This document shows, piece by piece, positions 1 to 14,323 of a stretch of DNA of 64,000 bases. A model generated the notes under the pieces. The model saw nothing but the letters and a program-made list of their open reading frames with translations, made no database searches and was not told where the DNA came from. Source of the stretch: Octopus vulgaris. Lineage: Eukaryota. A program made the position numbers and the translations under genes. The stretch is taken from assembly GCA_951406725.2 (NCBI GenBank), contig OX597828.1, forward strand, positions 17,112,001 through 17,176,000, read 5' to 3'. The first letter of the stretch is position 1. Every line of letters begins with the position of its first letter.

Positions 1-584
1 TTGCATCAATCAAGTAGGCCCATGATCTATTCCAAATAATTAAACTTAAATGTATTAACAATCCGCTCAGATCCATTCACTACCCGGCATATCAGACGGT
101 TTGCTCTGTGAGGAGATTTGCAAAGGCATAATTTGGATCGAGTTATGTGAAAAATTGTACATGGTCACACATAGTAGCTGTTTGTTTGGGTTCGAAGTTC
201 AAGAGGAAGAGTGCCTTCCCATCTAGTGGCTATGTAAACCTATTTTCGAAGCTGGAGGTTTTTCTTTTCCTGTCTGCATTTAGTAGCTTTAAAGTGTGAG
301 CGAGTATGCACAAACCGATCGTACTCATTAGCCTTGGAGGTCATATTAGAGTTGCTCAGCGGGTTAAGACAACAGTGTCAACCAGGACGCAGAAGGTTTT
401 ATATTGAAATGACCTTCTTCAAGTGGTTACTGTTACAGATGGTTACTGCATTTGCCGAAAGTTACCAAAAGGGACCCGGGTCTCCTGTACGTCTCCATTT
501 CTTGATTTGCTGAGTTCCCAAGCTATTTCCTTTCTTAAGACACTCATAAGACTTGGAGCCTCTTCCCTAACATGGTAACTGACC

Positions 585-735
585 CACTGTGACCCTAACA
601 GGTGCTACTACGCTGGGTCAGGGTAGACATGGAAGCAACACTCGCTAAGTGGTGGTTCCTCAATCCTCAAAACCTCGAAACTATTGACCCAAAGTTCCAC
701 CGCCAAGTGTTGTGTTTAAAGCGACACCAAGAACA
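585..735 (+). repeat. Degenerate dispersed repeat, probably retroposon-derived; related copy at about 15130-15250
   Basis: ctaacaggtgctactacgctgggtcagggtagacatgg...caccaagaaca resembles aactacctttccggtccagaacggaccggg...cataagcaggaca at 15131-15251. Confidence 0.4.
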
Positions 736-1056
736 AATAATACACCTACTAGAAATATATATCTAATCTTCTTGAAGACATTGCTGTCTTTACAATTGAA
801 GTGTATATTTGATAACAAAGTACTATGTTTAAAAAAAATCGACAAATGGAAACATGGTTGACATACCATTATTGCTTTTGACCGTAGATACGCCGGTCAT
901 GAACAACCTGGGGCTAAACAACAACAGCAACAATCACATTGTCGCTAAAACTATTTTCTGGTTTTGAGAAGACAAATTTCTTAAGATTGGTATTTAGGTA
1001 GTGTGTTGCATATCCCATGTATGTACGAATGTTATGTATGTATGTATGTATGTATG

Positions 1057-1088
<32 letters not shown>

Positions 1089-1149
1089 TGTATGTATGTA
1101 GGTAGGTAGGTAGGTAGGTATGTATACCTATGTGTGTGTGTCTTTGTGT

Positions 1150-1659
1150 CTGTAATGAAGAATAATACTATTAACTGCATAAGTAGTGATGGGGGAAGGA
1201 AAAATAAATCATATTGTCTCTGACTGCCCAGTCCTAATAAGGTAGATATCCATAAGCATGACAATGTCGGGGGCCTATGTTCAGTGGAAACTATGCCAAC
1301 ACTACGAAATGACAACAGAAAGAAGATGGTATAGATATATCTCTGAAAAGGACTCAGAAAATGACAAATGAACCATGCTCTGGGATTTTCCAGTGTACAA
1401 AGTTAGAGAGATCAAGGTTAATTGGGTAAGAAATATTTTTTAAAAGTGTCTTCTAATTGACATACCAGTCACAACAAATGACAATGTATCTTAAAAAGGA
1501 ACAGAAACTCTCGAAATACAAAGATCTGGAAATAGAAATGACCTGAAGGTAAAGACTAAAGAGAGAAATAATCTCTATAAGAATTAAGTATGGTTAAAAA
1601 CCACACACACAAATACATGACCGAAACGCCAGGACTTACGAATATGTATAGTATACAGT

Positions 1660-1690
<31 letters not shown>

Positions 1691-1830
1691 CAATATATAT
1701 ATAATATATATACGAATATATATAGTATACAGTATCTACTAGGATCTGCACACCTCTTACGAAAAGCACGTTCAATAAAGTAGGAAAACACAACAAATAC
1801 ACGAGGATCTAGAGCTGCGCTTGATAATGC
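1150..1830 (+). mobile_element. Degenerate 3' fragment of an R4/Dong-type non-LTR retrotransposon (CCHC knuckle + restriction-like endonuclease), interrupted by a TA microsatellite
   Basis: Frameshifted translation gives INHIVSDCPVL, WKLCQHYEMTTERRWYR, MLWDFP, LSKYKDLEIEMT and LLGSAHLLRKA, typical of the R4/Dong RLE C-terminus; many stops. Confidence 0.85.
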
Positions 1831-1899
1831 AGTGAAAGAATATGATGAAAATATGCCTACTGAACTATGATAAGGCTGCTTTCTAAAATAGAAATTTAT

Positions 1900-2070
1900 G
1901 GGGAAGATAAAAGACGATTATATTGATCCCAGTGTTCAACTGATACTTATTTTGTCGACCCCGAATGTATAAATTTCAAATTCGGTAGAATTTGAACTAA
2001 GAATATAAAATTGGAAGTAACGTTTCTAAATATTCTGTGCGGCGTGCTAACGTTTTGTCGGGTCGCAGCC
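1900..2070 (-). mobile_element. tRNA-derived SINE, family 2 (degenerate)
   Basis: Reverse complement of gttagcacgccg...gttcaaattc...ggggtcgacaaaataagta; matches the copy at 11799-12008. Confidence 0.8.
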
Positions 2071-2839
2071 ATAACAAATCAATTGGAAGACTGTACCTCT
2101 TCCCTGGAGTCGTCATTTTCGCCTACATTAATTTACAATTTACAATCTAATGAGAGATAGGATAGGATCGACCTTACTTGACTGAGTTTGCATTCATTTT
2201 CACGGCATTGCAAAATAAACGACATATTATGAACGGACCAAAACGTTCACGGCTCAGAGTTATATTTATTATATTTTCATTTTAAGTGAATGGTATAAAG
2301 ATTATATTCTTAATTCACGTTGACTATCGTGGAGCAGGCCTAAGCATAGTATTAAATATTAATATAGAAAATCAAATTTAAATGAAAATCCACCACGCTC
2401 CATTGTAGAATAATAATTGCTAGTTTCAGATTGAAGCCTTTTCTCAGCCGTATCTTAATTCGTTCATAATCCAAATAAATAGCATGGGTGTCTTCTTTCC
2501 CCAGTTCATGAATTATAATAGATTTGAAAAGTTAGATTAATTAACTTTCGCTATGGTTTTTCGTATTCATTTTATCTAATGTTTAATTACCAGCCAATCT
2601 ATAAAAGTATATTAAATCGGGGAGATAATTTTACAATACACGTATGCTGTAAATGTAAATGGAACTATTGTATTATAAAATATATTTTCCATAGCATAAA
2701 ACCTTATCGGCGTAATTAAGTGGAGAAGAAAATTTTCACAGTTATTTGAAATGTCAATCAGGTCCAACGTATGAATGCATATTTGAATTCGGTGACTCTG
2801 AAATAGTATTCGGTCATGAATTGGTTATTTATATTTATT

Positions 2840-3177
2840 CGGTCTTAGGTCTTAGCTTTATACATATATAAATATTTGGCTATTTCAGACATTATTGAGG
2901 TCATGCTTATTATGGGATGTCTATTTGACATGGCGCCCGTGTTTTCTTTTCTAAGAAACTATATTGATCGCTTTCTGAAATCTTGTGCTGCAAAATATTT
3001 TGATTTTATAGTTTGCGGTAATAGATTTATGAATTCACCAAAATTTGGTTTCTAATGGAAGATTCTTTAGAAGATCTCTTCCTCTCCTTTTCTCTCTTTC
3101 CTACACTACGCATGTACATACACATATGTATATATTTGGGTGTGTGTGCGTGTGTATGTAGTTTGTTAGTGTGTGTT

Positions 3178-3212
<35 letters not shown>

Positions 3213-3239
3213 GTGTGTGTGTGTATGTGTGTGTTTGTT

Positions 3240-3272
<33 letters not shown>

Positions 3273-3393
3273 CTGTGTACTGGCAGAAACGTTAGCACGC
3301 CGGGCGATATGCTCAACGGTAATTCGTCTGCCGTTACGGTCTTAGGTCTTAGCTTTATACATATTTAAATATTTGGCTATTTCAGACATTATT
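2840..3393 (+). repeat. 57-bp direct duplication (2840-2896 and 3337-3393)
   Basis: cggtcttaggtcttagctttatacatat[a/t]taaatatttggctatttcagacattatt occurs twice with one mismatch. Confidence 0.9.
3278..3340 (+). mobile_element. SINE family 2, 5' head only
   Basis: ctggcagaaacgttagcacgccgggcgatatgctcaacggtaattcgtctgccgttacg, then truncated. Confidence 0.8.
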
Positions 3394-3404
3394 ATATATA
3401 TCCC

Positions 3405-3570
3405 CCACTCCCAGGATTGGACGCCCGTCCATCGATGAATTACTAGATTTTGCTACAAGAGTAAATAAATGTGAAAGGAAATGTTCTGCTCCTGTATACA
3501 ACGCAATCCCTAACCACAAATCGAAACCAAAATCTCACGATTACGAGTGAAACTCCCTAACCACAAAATC
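3405..3570 (-). mobile_element. SINE family 3 (old, degenerate)
   Basis: Reverse complement reads gtggttagggag...tcgtgagattttggtttcgattt (tRNA-like A/B boxes); similar to 20827-21060. Confidence 0.55.
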
Positions 3571-3848
3571 ACTGCCTTTCACACACACACTCACACACCA
3601 CACACACACACATACACACACACACATCTCTGTCTGTGTATGTTTCTATGTATCTATCTACCTTCCTACCTACCAACCCACCTACCTACCTACGTGCCTA
3701 TGTACCTACCTACCTACCTACCAATCTATCTATCTATGTGCGTGTATGTGCATGCATGTATGTACGTATATACATAGAAACACACACACTCATATACACA
3801 TATATATATATTTATAAGTCTGTCTGTCTGTCTGTCTGTCTGTCTCTG

Positions 3849-3927
<79 letters not shown>

Positions 3928-3929
3928 GT

Positions 3930-4060
3930 CTATTAATAGCGGCAAAATTACATTAGAACCGTTCCTCGGAGTTTCACGTTCCCGTTTGTCGGAACGTGAA
4001 ATTCTGAGTAAAATTTTTGTGATTATTTTCCAGCTTTAATAAAAGTTTATCTTCGGTACT
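3930..4060. mobile_element. Small fold-back element with a degenerate hammerhead motif (Penelope pLTR-like)
   Basis: 18-bp inverted arms 3965-3982/3991-4008; minus strand CCGACAA-ACG-GGAA-CGU-GAAAC-UCCGA; plus arm ends GAAAU-UCUGA-GUA; abuts (TA)n. Confidence 0.55.
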
Positions 4061-6466
4061 CGAGTACTATTCTTTCTTAAGACATCTCCGCATTGACATG
4101 TCCATCTACTCGTTAGAGTCACTGGCCATGTATATATATATCTGCCTCAAAATCGTATCCTATCATTTTTGGGAAAGAAGAACACGTTGAAATGCCATGG
4201 TGCTACCTAAACTATGTTGATAGAAAAATTAGTTGAACACAGCAGGAAGATCTATTATCATATATGTTTTCTATAACAACTCGCCTCGAACTAAACAAGA
4301 ACAACGACTACAAATGAAAGCATCACTACGACAAGTCTGTGGCCGCACGTGACCAAATATTAACTTTTAAAAGGAGACATTTAGATAAATGTTCAACAAA
4401 TTACATTAGAAAAATGAAAAAAAAGGAATAAAAAAAACTCAACAAATCAAGGAATAATAAAAGATGGCTGCTTAATGGAAGTTTGAGGGAAAAATAAAAG
4501 CATATCAGCCTCAAAGTGAATATCATACAAAACATTGTATAAAAAATGTGAGATTAATTTATCACTTAGAATTTGACTTCTAAGCATGCGCAAAGAAAAT
4601 CATCATTAGAAAAATGAATTTGCTCTGATTAATCGTCGTTTATGTTGTACAACACTATTATTATATTTTTTCATAGCATTTTGCGAACCGTATATTTAAT
4701 GAAAATAATGTATTACATTATAAAAATATAATTATATTATTAGATTAAAAATATTTTATTTATTTATATTTTTTTTATAGAAGAGTGGCGCTTTATGTAG
4801 AATAGTGTGGTTTGTTTGGAGGTTTTTCCCAGTGGCCAATTACTGGTTCGTTACATTTACAATGGAAAGAGTAACGAGGGACAGTCAGGTTCATGACTGT
4901 GGCTAGATTCGTATGATGTTCCAAGAGGCAGAATCTGATATCTCACGCTTAATGGATCGTCTAATAGAGGGGAAGTAACCGGTGGGGAGAGATAGAAGAG
5001 GAAAGAGAGGGAAAGAGATCAGAGAAAGAGAGAGAGAGAGAGAGAGTGAGACATCGAAGATGAGAAGGGAGAGAGAATATATTTAAAAAACAAACTCACA
5101 GTAAAAATGTCGTCTATAAGAAACCTCAGATTTTTTCAACAACCGGCAATATAATAAAACATAAATCCCAATAACTACTTGGTATGATATTCTGACCCAC
5201 GTTGGTCTCCATCATTTTGATTTGTTTTATTTTTGCTTTTTGTTCGTTTGTTTATTAAGGGTGTCTGCGCAGCTGGTGTGGAAAAATATCCCAAAAGTCT
5301 TTATGCAAATGCTTCGGCTAATCGCTTTTATATTTCATAGTTTTACATCATTTGCAGATATATATCACCGAATCGTATGTAAACATATCTAACACGTTAT
5401 TAAATAAATATGTATGCATATACGTATACACATATATGTACATACACACTCAACTACAAATGTAGTTATATTTCTCCGTACAACTGCGTGCATACATATA
5501 GCAGATGTTTTCTTAACTTACAGAATGAAAAACACTCATCTTTCACATATTTTTCTCCTTTAAATTTTCCCTGACGAAAGTCTCTATCCGAAACGTTGCA
5601 TTTTCCAATCCTCAGGTACGTTCACTGTACTCTTCATATAGATGTTGCTAAACACACACACACACACATACACACACACACACACACAGACACACAAACA
5701 CACGCACATTCAAGCCCCTGCACAAACACGAACATAGGTACCTATATATATACCTTTATAGAGTGCGAGAAAGGGTAGACTATGTATTTAGTTAAACGTA
5801 TCGAAGCCGTTACACCAGAGGCCAAGGATTTCAACGCCGAAACTAAACAAAAGTCGAGGAGTATAAGGTTAGAAATGGAGTTGATCTATTAAGTTTCGAT
5901 GGGTTTTATGACAACTTTGCACTGTGTTCAGTTTTCCATGTACGAACAGGTACATATATACGTTCCTACCTAGAAATATGCATGCGAACATATATACATA
6001 CACGTATGCATACAAGGTTCAAATTAGTATTTTCGATTCAATTCCTCCTTTTACATTTTCCCCACTTTGGCTAGTCATTCCTTATTTCCTTCAAACCTAC
6101 ACACAGTCCTGCAAAATGAAAATTTTCGAAACGTCATGACCATCTACCTCCATTACTACACCAAACCGATCACCTCGCGCCCTTTTTTTTGTTCTCTCGA
6201 CAACTTTTATGTTGTCGGACTGTATACAATACTACTTGTCTGTCTGCCTCTTTTCCATTCGCTCTGTCTGTTTCTATCTTTCTCCTATCTCTCTCCCTCT
6301 CTCTCTTCCTCTCTCATATCTGGATCGATTAAAGTATGTGGCTGGTAATTCATGGCATTATCTGGTACCAATTTATCCGAAACTCTCGTAAGCCGATTAG
6401 AAATGTTTAATTCTCCAAACTCTTTATCCTTGCATCCATGCGTCCATCCTTCACTCCACCCATCAG

Positions 6467-6624
<158 letters not shown>

Positions 6625-6885
6625 GAAGTATAATCAACGATTGTATGAATAAAATGGTGCCGAAACAGGTGTTGTGAATTTTAAACCTCACATGTGTTCT
6701 TTATATATATTTATGTGTACGCGCGCACGTATTTGCCTAGAACCGCTCAGATACAGGGATATACATACACCGACACCAGTTGTCAAGTTAAGAACAGGAG
6801 TCAAACAGAGACAAATGTACACAACCACAGATACACTCACACACAGATACGCACAAACACACAGATGCATATATATACATATATC

Positions 6886-6958
<73 letters not shown>

Positions 6959-6989
6959 GCAACGGGCTTGTTTCAACAAGGGTGTGGTC

Positions 6990-7088
6990 GCTAGCGGTTA
7001 TGGTAGAAGGCAATCTCCCAAGGTACCACGCTGTGGGATTGAACACCGTACCATGTGCTTGGAATGCAAGATTTTTAACACACTGGTA
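6990..7088 (-). mobile_element. SINE family 1 head, degenerate
   Basis: cccaaggtaccacgctgtgggattgaacaccgtaccatgtg is the reverse complement of the family 1 head. Confidence 0.7.
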
Positions 7089-7121
7089 GTTCAGTGTATG
7101 TGTATGTGTATGTATATATAT

Positions 7122-7505
7122 CAGGAGTGGCTGTGTGGTACGTAGCTTGTATACCAACCACATGGTTCCGGGTTCAGTCCCCCTTCGTGGCACCTTGGGC
7201 AAGTGTCTTCTACTATAGCCTCGGGCCGACCAAAGCCCTGTGAGTGGATTTGGTCGACGGAAACTGAAAGAAGCCCGTCGTATATATGTATATATACATA
7301 TATGAGTGTGTGTGTATGTGTTTGTCCCCCTAGTATTGCTTGACAACCGATGCTGGTGTGTTTATGTCCCCGTTACCTAGCAGTTCGGCGAAGCAGACCG
7401 ATAGAATAAGTACTGGGCTTACAAAAGAATGAGTCCCGGGGTCGATTTGCTCGATTAAAGGCGGTGCTCCAGCCTGGCCGCAGTCAAATGACTGAAACAA
7501 GTAAA
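7122..7505 (+). mobile_element. Full-length bipartite tRNA-derived SINE, family 1
   Basis: A box gtggctgtgtggt, B box gggttcagtcc, internal TA/TG tract, 3' end cagtcaaatgactgaaacaagtaaaa; six similar copies in the window. Confidence 0.92.
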
Positions 7506-8281
7506 AAAAAAAAAGAAAAAATATATGCATACACACACAAGCGCACGGAAGCACACACACAGACACACTCACACAAATGTATACTCAAGAGTGTATGTAA
7601 GAGGAGCTACCACGCAGCTTCTTCTCTAAAATATTACACTCACGAAAAAGAGTTCAAACGGATGCTGCATGAGAACAAAATGACCACTTCATGATGTCTC
7701 GTCGTGTGAACGAAACTTAAACAAACATCTTTACCAAGTGAGTCATTTAAGTAGTTGTCAGAAAGAACGTCTTTCCTTTTTCCATTTTTTTTTCTTCTTT
7801 GGACTAAACACAAGAACTATAACGAAACCGAAACGAGTTTATAAGAAAACATGTGAGTCATTTCACAGATCGTCCACGAAAATGACCATCGAAGTTTCTA
7901 CTTCTGAAAATTCCCCGTTATTGTATGTGTTCGTTCTCCGACTTATTAAGTTTACAAGGTTGTCGTTGCTGCAGAAATCTATGCATATAAGTACAAATGG
8001 ACTCCTAAGCAAGAAATGAAACAAGAAGACGTGAACACATAAGCTTCCATACATATATATGCATACAAAGAATTATGGAGGCCCACAGATATATACACGT
8101 ACACAAATATGCCTGTGCGTTTGTCGATTGGCTAGTTTGTAAGATTCAGTACAGGGATTCATGAATAAATATGCGTCAGAATTTCTGCATACACATATAA
8201 ATGAATGCATGCTTATACATACACACGCATATACATAATACGAGCAATGATATGCACACACACACACACACGCACACACAC

Positions 8282-8370
<89 letters not shown>

Positions 8371-8475
8371 AATATACATATATCTATATATATATATACA
8401 TGTACTTACAAATATACTTAGTTATCCTTATTCAGACGGCGTAGTGCATTTATGATTCTCTCCCCTATCTATCTA

Positions 8476-8537
<62 letters not shown>

Positions 8538-8897
8538 AATCTATTTGCACACACAAACACACACACATACACACACACACATGTACATATAGGCATCCTT
8601 GGATATTTAAGCTAAAGTCTGATTCCAGCCGATGAAATGGAGAGAAAAATTGTAAATGCAGTGAAGTGTTGGAATGTGAATTATTGTGTAAAAATCAAGA
8701 AAATATTTACTGCTTCGTTAGAGAACAAATTGGCACAAATCATGTGGCGCAAACAAATAAACACTCCATTGGGAAGAAATTGGAAAAATATAATTAGGAA
8801 CACATATAAACGCGCATACGTGTATATGTACATAAGGATATGTAACTGCAAATAACGAAAATATTAATCATACGTGCATATATGTATATGTATGTAG

Positions 8898-8958
<61 letters not shown>

Positions 8959-9199
8959 CAGAGAGAGTCAGTGAGATACATACATATACATATATACATA
9001 TATATAAATATATATGCATTTATACATATATATTTGTGTGTATAGATATATATATATATATATTCACGCACATATATATACACATAAATAAATATATATA
9101 TATATATATACATACATACATATATTCATGGGGGTTAGGGTGGTGTATGAAGTTGTATATATATATGTATCTATCTGCATATGTCTGTATAGATAAACA

Positions 9200-9266
<67 letters not shown>

Positions 9267-10029
9267 CCATACATATATGTATACACATGTATATATATAT
9301 TTATATGTGTGTCTCTCTCTCTATATATATAGATATATACATATATCTATGAATTTATATATGTGCTTGCACGCGTGTGTGGCGGGGTAATTATGTATGT
9401 ATGTATTGGTGTATGCATAACAGCAGGTATTATTGTTTGCAAACATATTTTCTATTGGCTAAGATCGCTGTTTTAAAATTTGACAACACATTCACCGACA
9501 AACATCTTCACATATTTCCGATTGATTTTGCATATATATATATATATATATACATATGTATGTACATATATGTATGTAACTATACATACCTTACTAAATT
9601 GGTATTTGCGATTTACGCCAAGAGTGTAGTTTTCAAGTGGACGAATTCAGTGATGGAAAAACGGCAAGCTAAACAAAAAGAACACTTCAGACTAATTGTT
9701 ACGAAGACGAGAAATAAACAAGGGAAGAAAAAAAAAAGCTACATGTACTTATGTCCGCGTTATATTGTTAACGATGGCGAAATGGCCAGATAATTTTACA
9801 GTGATTGCACCAACAGTTAATAAATTAGCAAAAATCTTGCTGAATAGTACGGCATTAAATTACTTACACGCTGAGTTGTATATTGTAATCCTATCAAATG
9901 GTTATATATGATTTCACTCCGTTCAAGATTGGAGTTAATGAGATACTCATTCTTGTTAGAGAAATCTCACATGTCTTAAAAATTCAGAATACGCCTGTAT
10001 ATATGAATACATGTGTTTGGGTGAGCGTT

Positions 10030-10063
<34 letters not shown>

Positions 10064-10351
10064 TATCCATTTATGGTAACGTACACACATACATACATAA
10101 AGCTTAGCATGGTAAATTTACCAAAAGTTGTCGCCCCGGTGATTCGAAATTAGAATCGAATAATTCTGAACCAGAATTTTTTAAAGCACAGACGTGACTT
10201 ATGTCCATTTAGAGGTAATTAGTATAGAATATTATTATACATTTTATCAATATAAGCCAAATACATTCTAAAACAAAATAGTCAAAAAGAATCTGAAATC
10301 ACATAGACGTAAAAACAAAAATGTATGAACACATACATACACGATCTCCTA

Positions 10352-10423
<72 letters not shown>

Positions 10424-10430
10424 TATTTCA

Positions 10431-10808
10431 CTCTTTTACTCATTTACTTGTTTCAGTCATTTGAGTGCAGCCATGCTGGAGCACCGCTTTTAGTCGAGCA
10501 AATCTTATTCTTTGTAAGCCTAGTACTTCTTTGCCGGTCTCTTGCCGAACCGCTAAATGACGAGAGCATAAACACACCAGCATCTGTTGTCAAGCAATGT
10601 TGGGTGCACAAACACAGACATAAACATATACACACACATACACACATATACATATATATACATATATACGAAGGGTTTCTTTCAGTTTCCGTCTACCAAA
10701 TCCACTACGCTATAGTTAAAGACAATTGCCAAATGTGCCGAGCAGTGGGACTGAAGCCGGAAGCATGTTGATAGTAAGCTAGCCACTTACCACACAGCCA
10801 CCCCTGAG
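10431..10808 (-). mobile_element. SINE family 1 with internal deletions
   Basis: ttttacttgtttcagtcatttgagtgcagccatgctggagcaccgc...cttaccacacagccac. Confidence 0.9.
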
Positions 10809-10867
10809 CTTATACATACATACACAATTATTAATAATTGAGACGCAATTATTTATAATTGAAGAGT

Positions 10868-10958
10868 CCTACGCTGAAGAGGAAAATAGTTGGGTAAGAC
10901 ATAATTACTTAATTTTTATGCTTTCCTATGACTTAATTCCGAAACGTATTTCCGTAGG
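10868..10958 (+). ncRNA. Type I hammerhead ribozyme motif with long stem II (stem III damaged)
   Basis: CCUACG-CUGAAGA-GGAA...UUCC-GAAAC-GUAU-UUC-CGUAGG; perfect 6-bp stem I. Confidence 0.7.
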
Positions 10959-11144
10959 TGACTTAATATAGAATGATTGTCGTCATTTCTTTCTCTTTTG
11001 CCTGCGTTGTTTGCCTTTTAAGTGCTGTGGTTTTACTGGGATCTCCCTTTTAAGTAGGAAGAATAGCCAAAACTCTTTGACTGCTATTTCTAAATTCGGT
11101 TTGTGGTGAGGCAAATCGTTGCTAAACCCTTAATTACTTAGTAT

Positions 11145-11660
<516 letters not shown>

Positions 11661-11663
11661 ATA

Positions 11664-11712
<49 letters not shown>

Positions 11713-11798
11713 GTGTGTCTGTGTGTCTGTGTAATTCTCCTCTTTAATATAATGATAATAATAATAATAATTATTATTATTATTATCATCATCGTCAT

Positions 11799-12008
11799 AA
11801 AGCGGTGAGCTGGCACAATCGTTAGCACGCCGGGCCAAATACTTAGCGGTATTTCGTTCATCTTCACGTTCTGAGTTCAAATTCTGGTGAGGTCGACTTT
11901 ACTTTTCATCATTTCGGAGTCGATGAAATAAGTACCAGTTGAGTAACTGAGGTCGATGTAATCGACTTTATCCCCTACTCCAAAATTGCAGGCCCTGTGC
12001 CTTTAGTA
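11799..12008 (+). mobile_element. SINE family 2, full length, between (AAT)n tracts
   Basis: gcggtgagctggcacaatcgttagcacgccggg...gagttcaaattc...ttttcatcatttcggagtcgatgaaataagtaccag; central domain resembles the Meta/MESC-type SINE domain (from recall). Confidence 0.88.
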
Positions 12009-12815
12009 ATAATAATAATAATAATAAGAAGAAGAAGAAGAAGAAGAATTGTAGATATATATTATACTACACGTGTAGAATGCGCCTTTCGTTTGTCCCC
12101 TCGCTCGTATACACACAAACATGGACACACATTCATACACTCACACTCACAAACTTACACACACGCACACAGTGTCTCATGTCTCGGATAGCTCTAGTCC
12201 TATTGCTTGCAACGTCACAGAAATACTAAGACAAAGTGTTGGTGTTAATCTGTGCGACCAATTAACTGGTCCTCTATATTTCAAAGGGTATTCATTACTT
12301 TACAACTTGTGAATAGATCTAAAGTTTAGCTTCTACATTTCGCTGTTACTAATTTTTTTGTGTAATAATTTATCAATTATGCCTTATGGTTTGAAGCATC
12401 ACCACCAAACACCGACATACATACATATGAATGTATTCATACATATGTACATGCATATTTAAATGCATACATGCATACATACATACATACATAATTACAT
12501 AAATAGTGTTCTATGATATATGATTTCTCTCTAAGATATATGGCATTAGAATTCAGTGTTTTCTTTTATACGCCCATGCAGCCAATCTGAGTTCATTCTA
12601 TTTCTACACTCCACCTGCACACACACATACACACACACAAACACACACACAAATACACGCACACACAAACAAACATACACATGTCTGTGTATGTTTGTGT
12701 GTGCATGTATGGGCCCGGATATGCACCAGTATATATTATACATTATATATAAATATATATATATATATAGGTAGATTAATATATTCCTACATATCTTTAC
12801 TTCTATGTCTCTCTC

Positions 12816-12886
<71 letters not shown>

Positions 12887-13958
12887 GTATATGTACGTAT
12901 GCGAAACCCTATAGGCCACACTGGATATGGGCGTCGAATGGAAGTCAAAGATTGCACTGATACTCTCACTTATATACTTTCCTTGCTTATCCACCCCTTT
13001 CGCTCTTGATGGAAATTTGATAGTTACAAATATTTCATAGCAATATGAATGCTAATACAAGTAATTGTGTTTTTGCTTGTTTTCATAAGTTTAACCAAAT
13101 CTTCATTTAAATTAAATTTTGCTGTGAGTGGGGAAGGCTTCTATGTTTGGTTTCAACATCATTGTCTAAGATGGATGATCTCTTGAAATTAAAGTTGAAA
13201 TCAAATTGTGCATATCAGAAAACTAGTTTTCGAAAGTAATATATCAGCGTTTGTGGTCGTATAGCTGTAACTTAAAAAAACTTGCAGCTGTATGCAAACA
13301 TTCCACCTAACGTATAAAATCACAACACACATCCAGGCTCAAACACAAACACAGAAAAATATACAAAATGCACACACTTATACAAATAACACAAATATAT
13401 TAACATAATTTAGCTTCGAAATAAAGAGAAATTCTAAAGCTGTGTTAAAATTTCTACAGCGTATATATACATGTTTATATACGTGGAATAGAACACTAAT
13501 CATTTAATGCATTCCCAATTCTTATACAGAGTTTGGAAACACAACTATATTCGCATCACTTGACAAATATCTGCTTCTGCATGTGATCAGGCATGTAGGA
13601 CTAAATATATATTGAAACTTCACCAGGAGATAGCGAAAAAAGAACGATAAGTTAAATTATAAGTTTATTTAATGTAGCCAGTTTGTGTTAGTAGCTCAAA
13701 TGAGTGGAGTTGACGCAATTTCTAAATTGTGCCTCTTGTTAGACTAATTTGAATTTCAAAGGAAATAAAACGGCGTACCATTATAATCTAAATTAAAATT
13801 TTAATTATCTGAATTGATTATTTGACTATAAATATATGAATAGAATGTATAATCGAATCGAAGAAAAAATGGCAAGAGTAATTAACTTCGTAAATAACGC
13901 TCTGGGTAAACACCAATATCCATACACACACAGAGATATATATCTATATACAAATAAT

Positions 13959-13995
<37 letters not shown>

Positions 13996-14281
13996 GTATT
14001 TCGAAATCTAACATCACATCAGATTTAAGTCTGCTTTTCTCGTCATACAAACAAAACGTCTACAAGTTGTTTATAGATTCGTTATAAAATTAGAACACCG
14101 AAAGTGGTGAAGCTTATCAATTATTTTCGGGCGAGACACAGAACAGAATTTGATTCAGGGATTTCCCAGAGATACATAAACGAGCATTTACAACTATAAG
14201 ATCTTCTTTAGTACTCAAACCGTAGGTGCGTATACACACATAATTACATATAAACACACATACGCGCACACATATCCCTAC

Positions 14282-14323
<42 letters not shown>

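Noticed and set aside
1-520. Possible LINE 5' fragments here and at 14340-15100
   Set aside because: Composition suggests old retroelement DNA, but I could not read any diagnostic motif
5570-5600. CTGACGA...CGAAACGT
   Set aside because: Stem II does not pair and there is no stem I
7122-7200. tRNA gene calls for SINE heads (also the B-box fragment near 45990)
   Set aside because: No complete cloverleaf; these continue into SINE bodies or are isolated fragments
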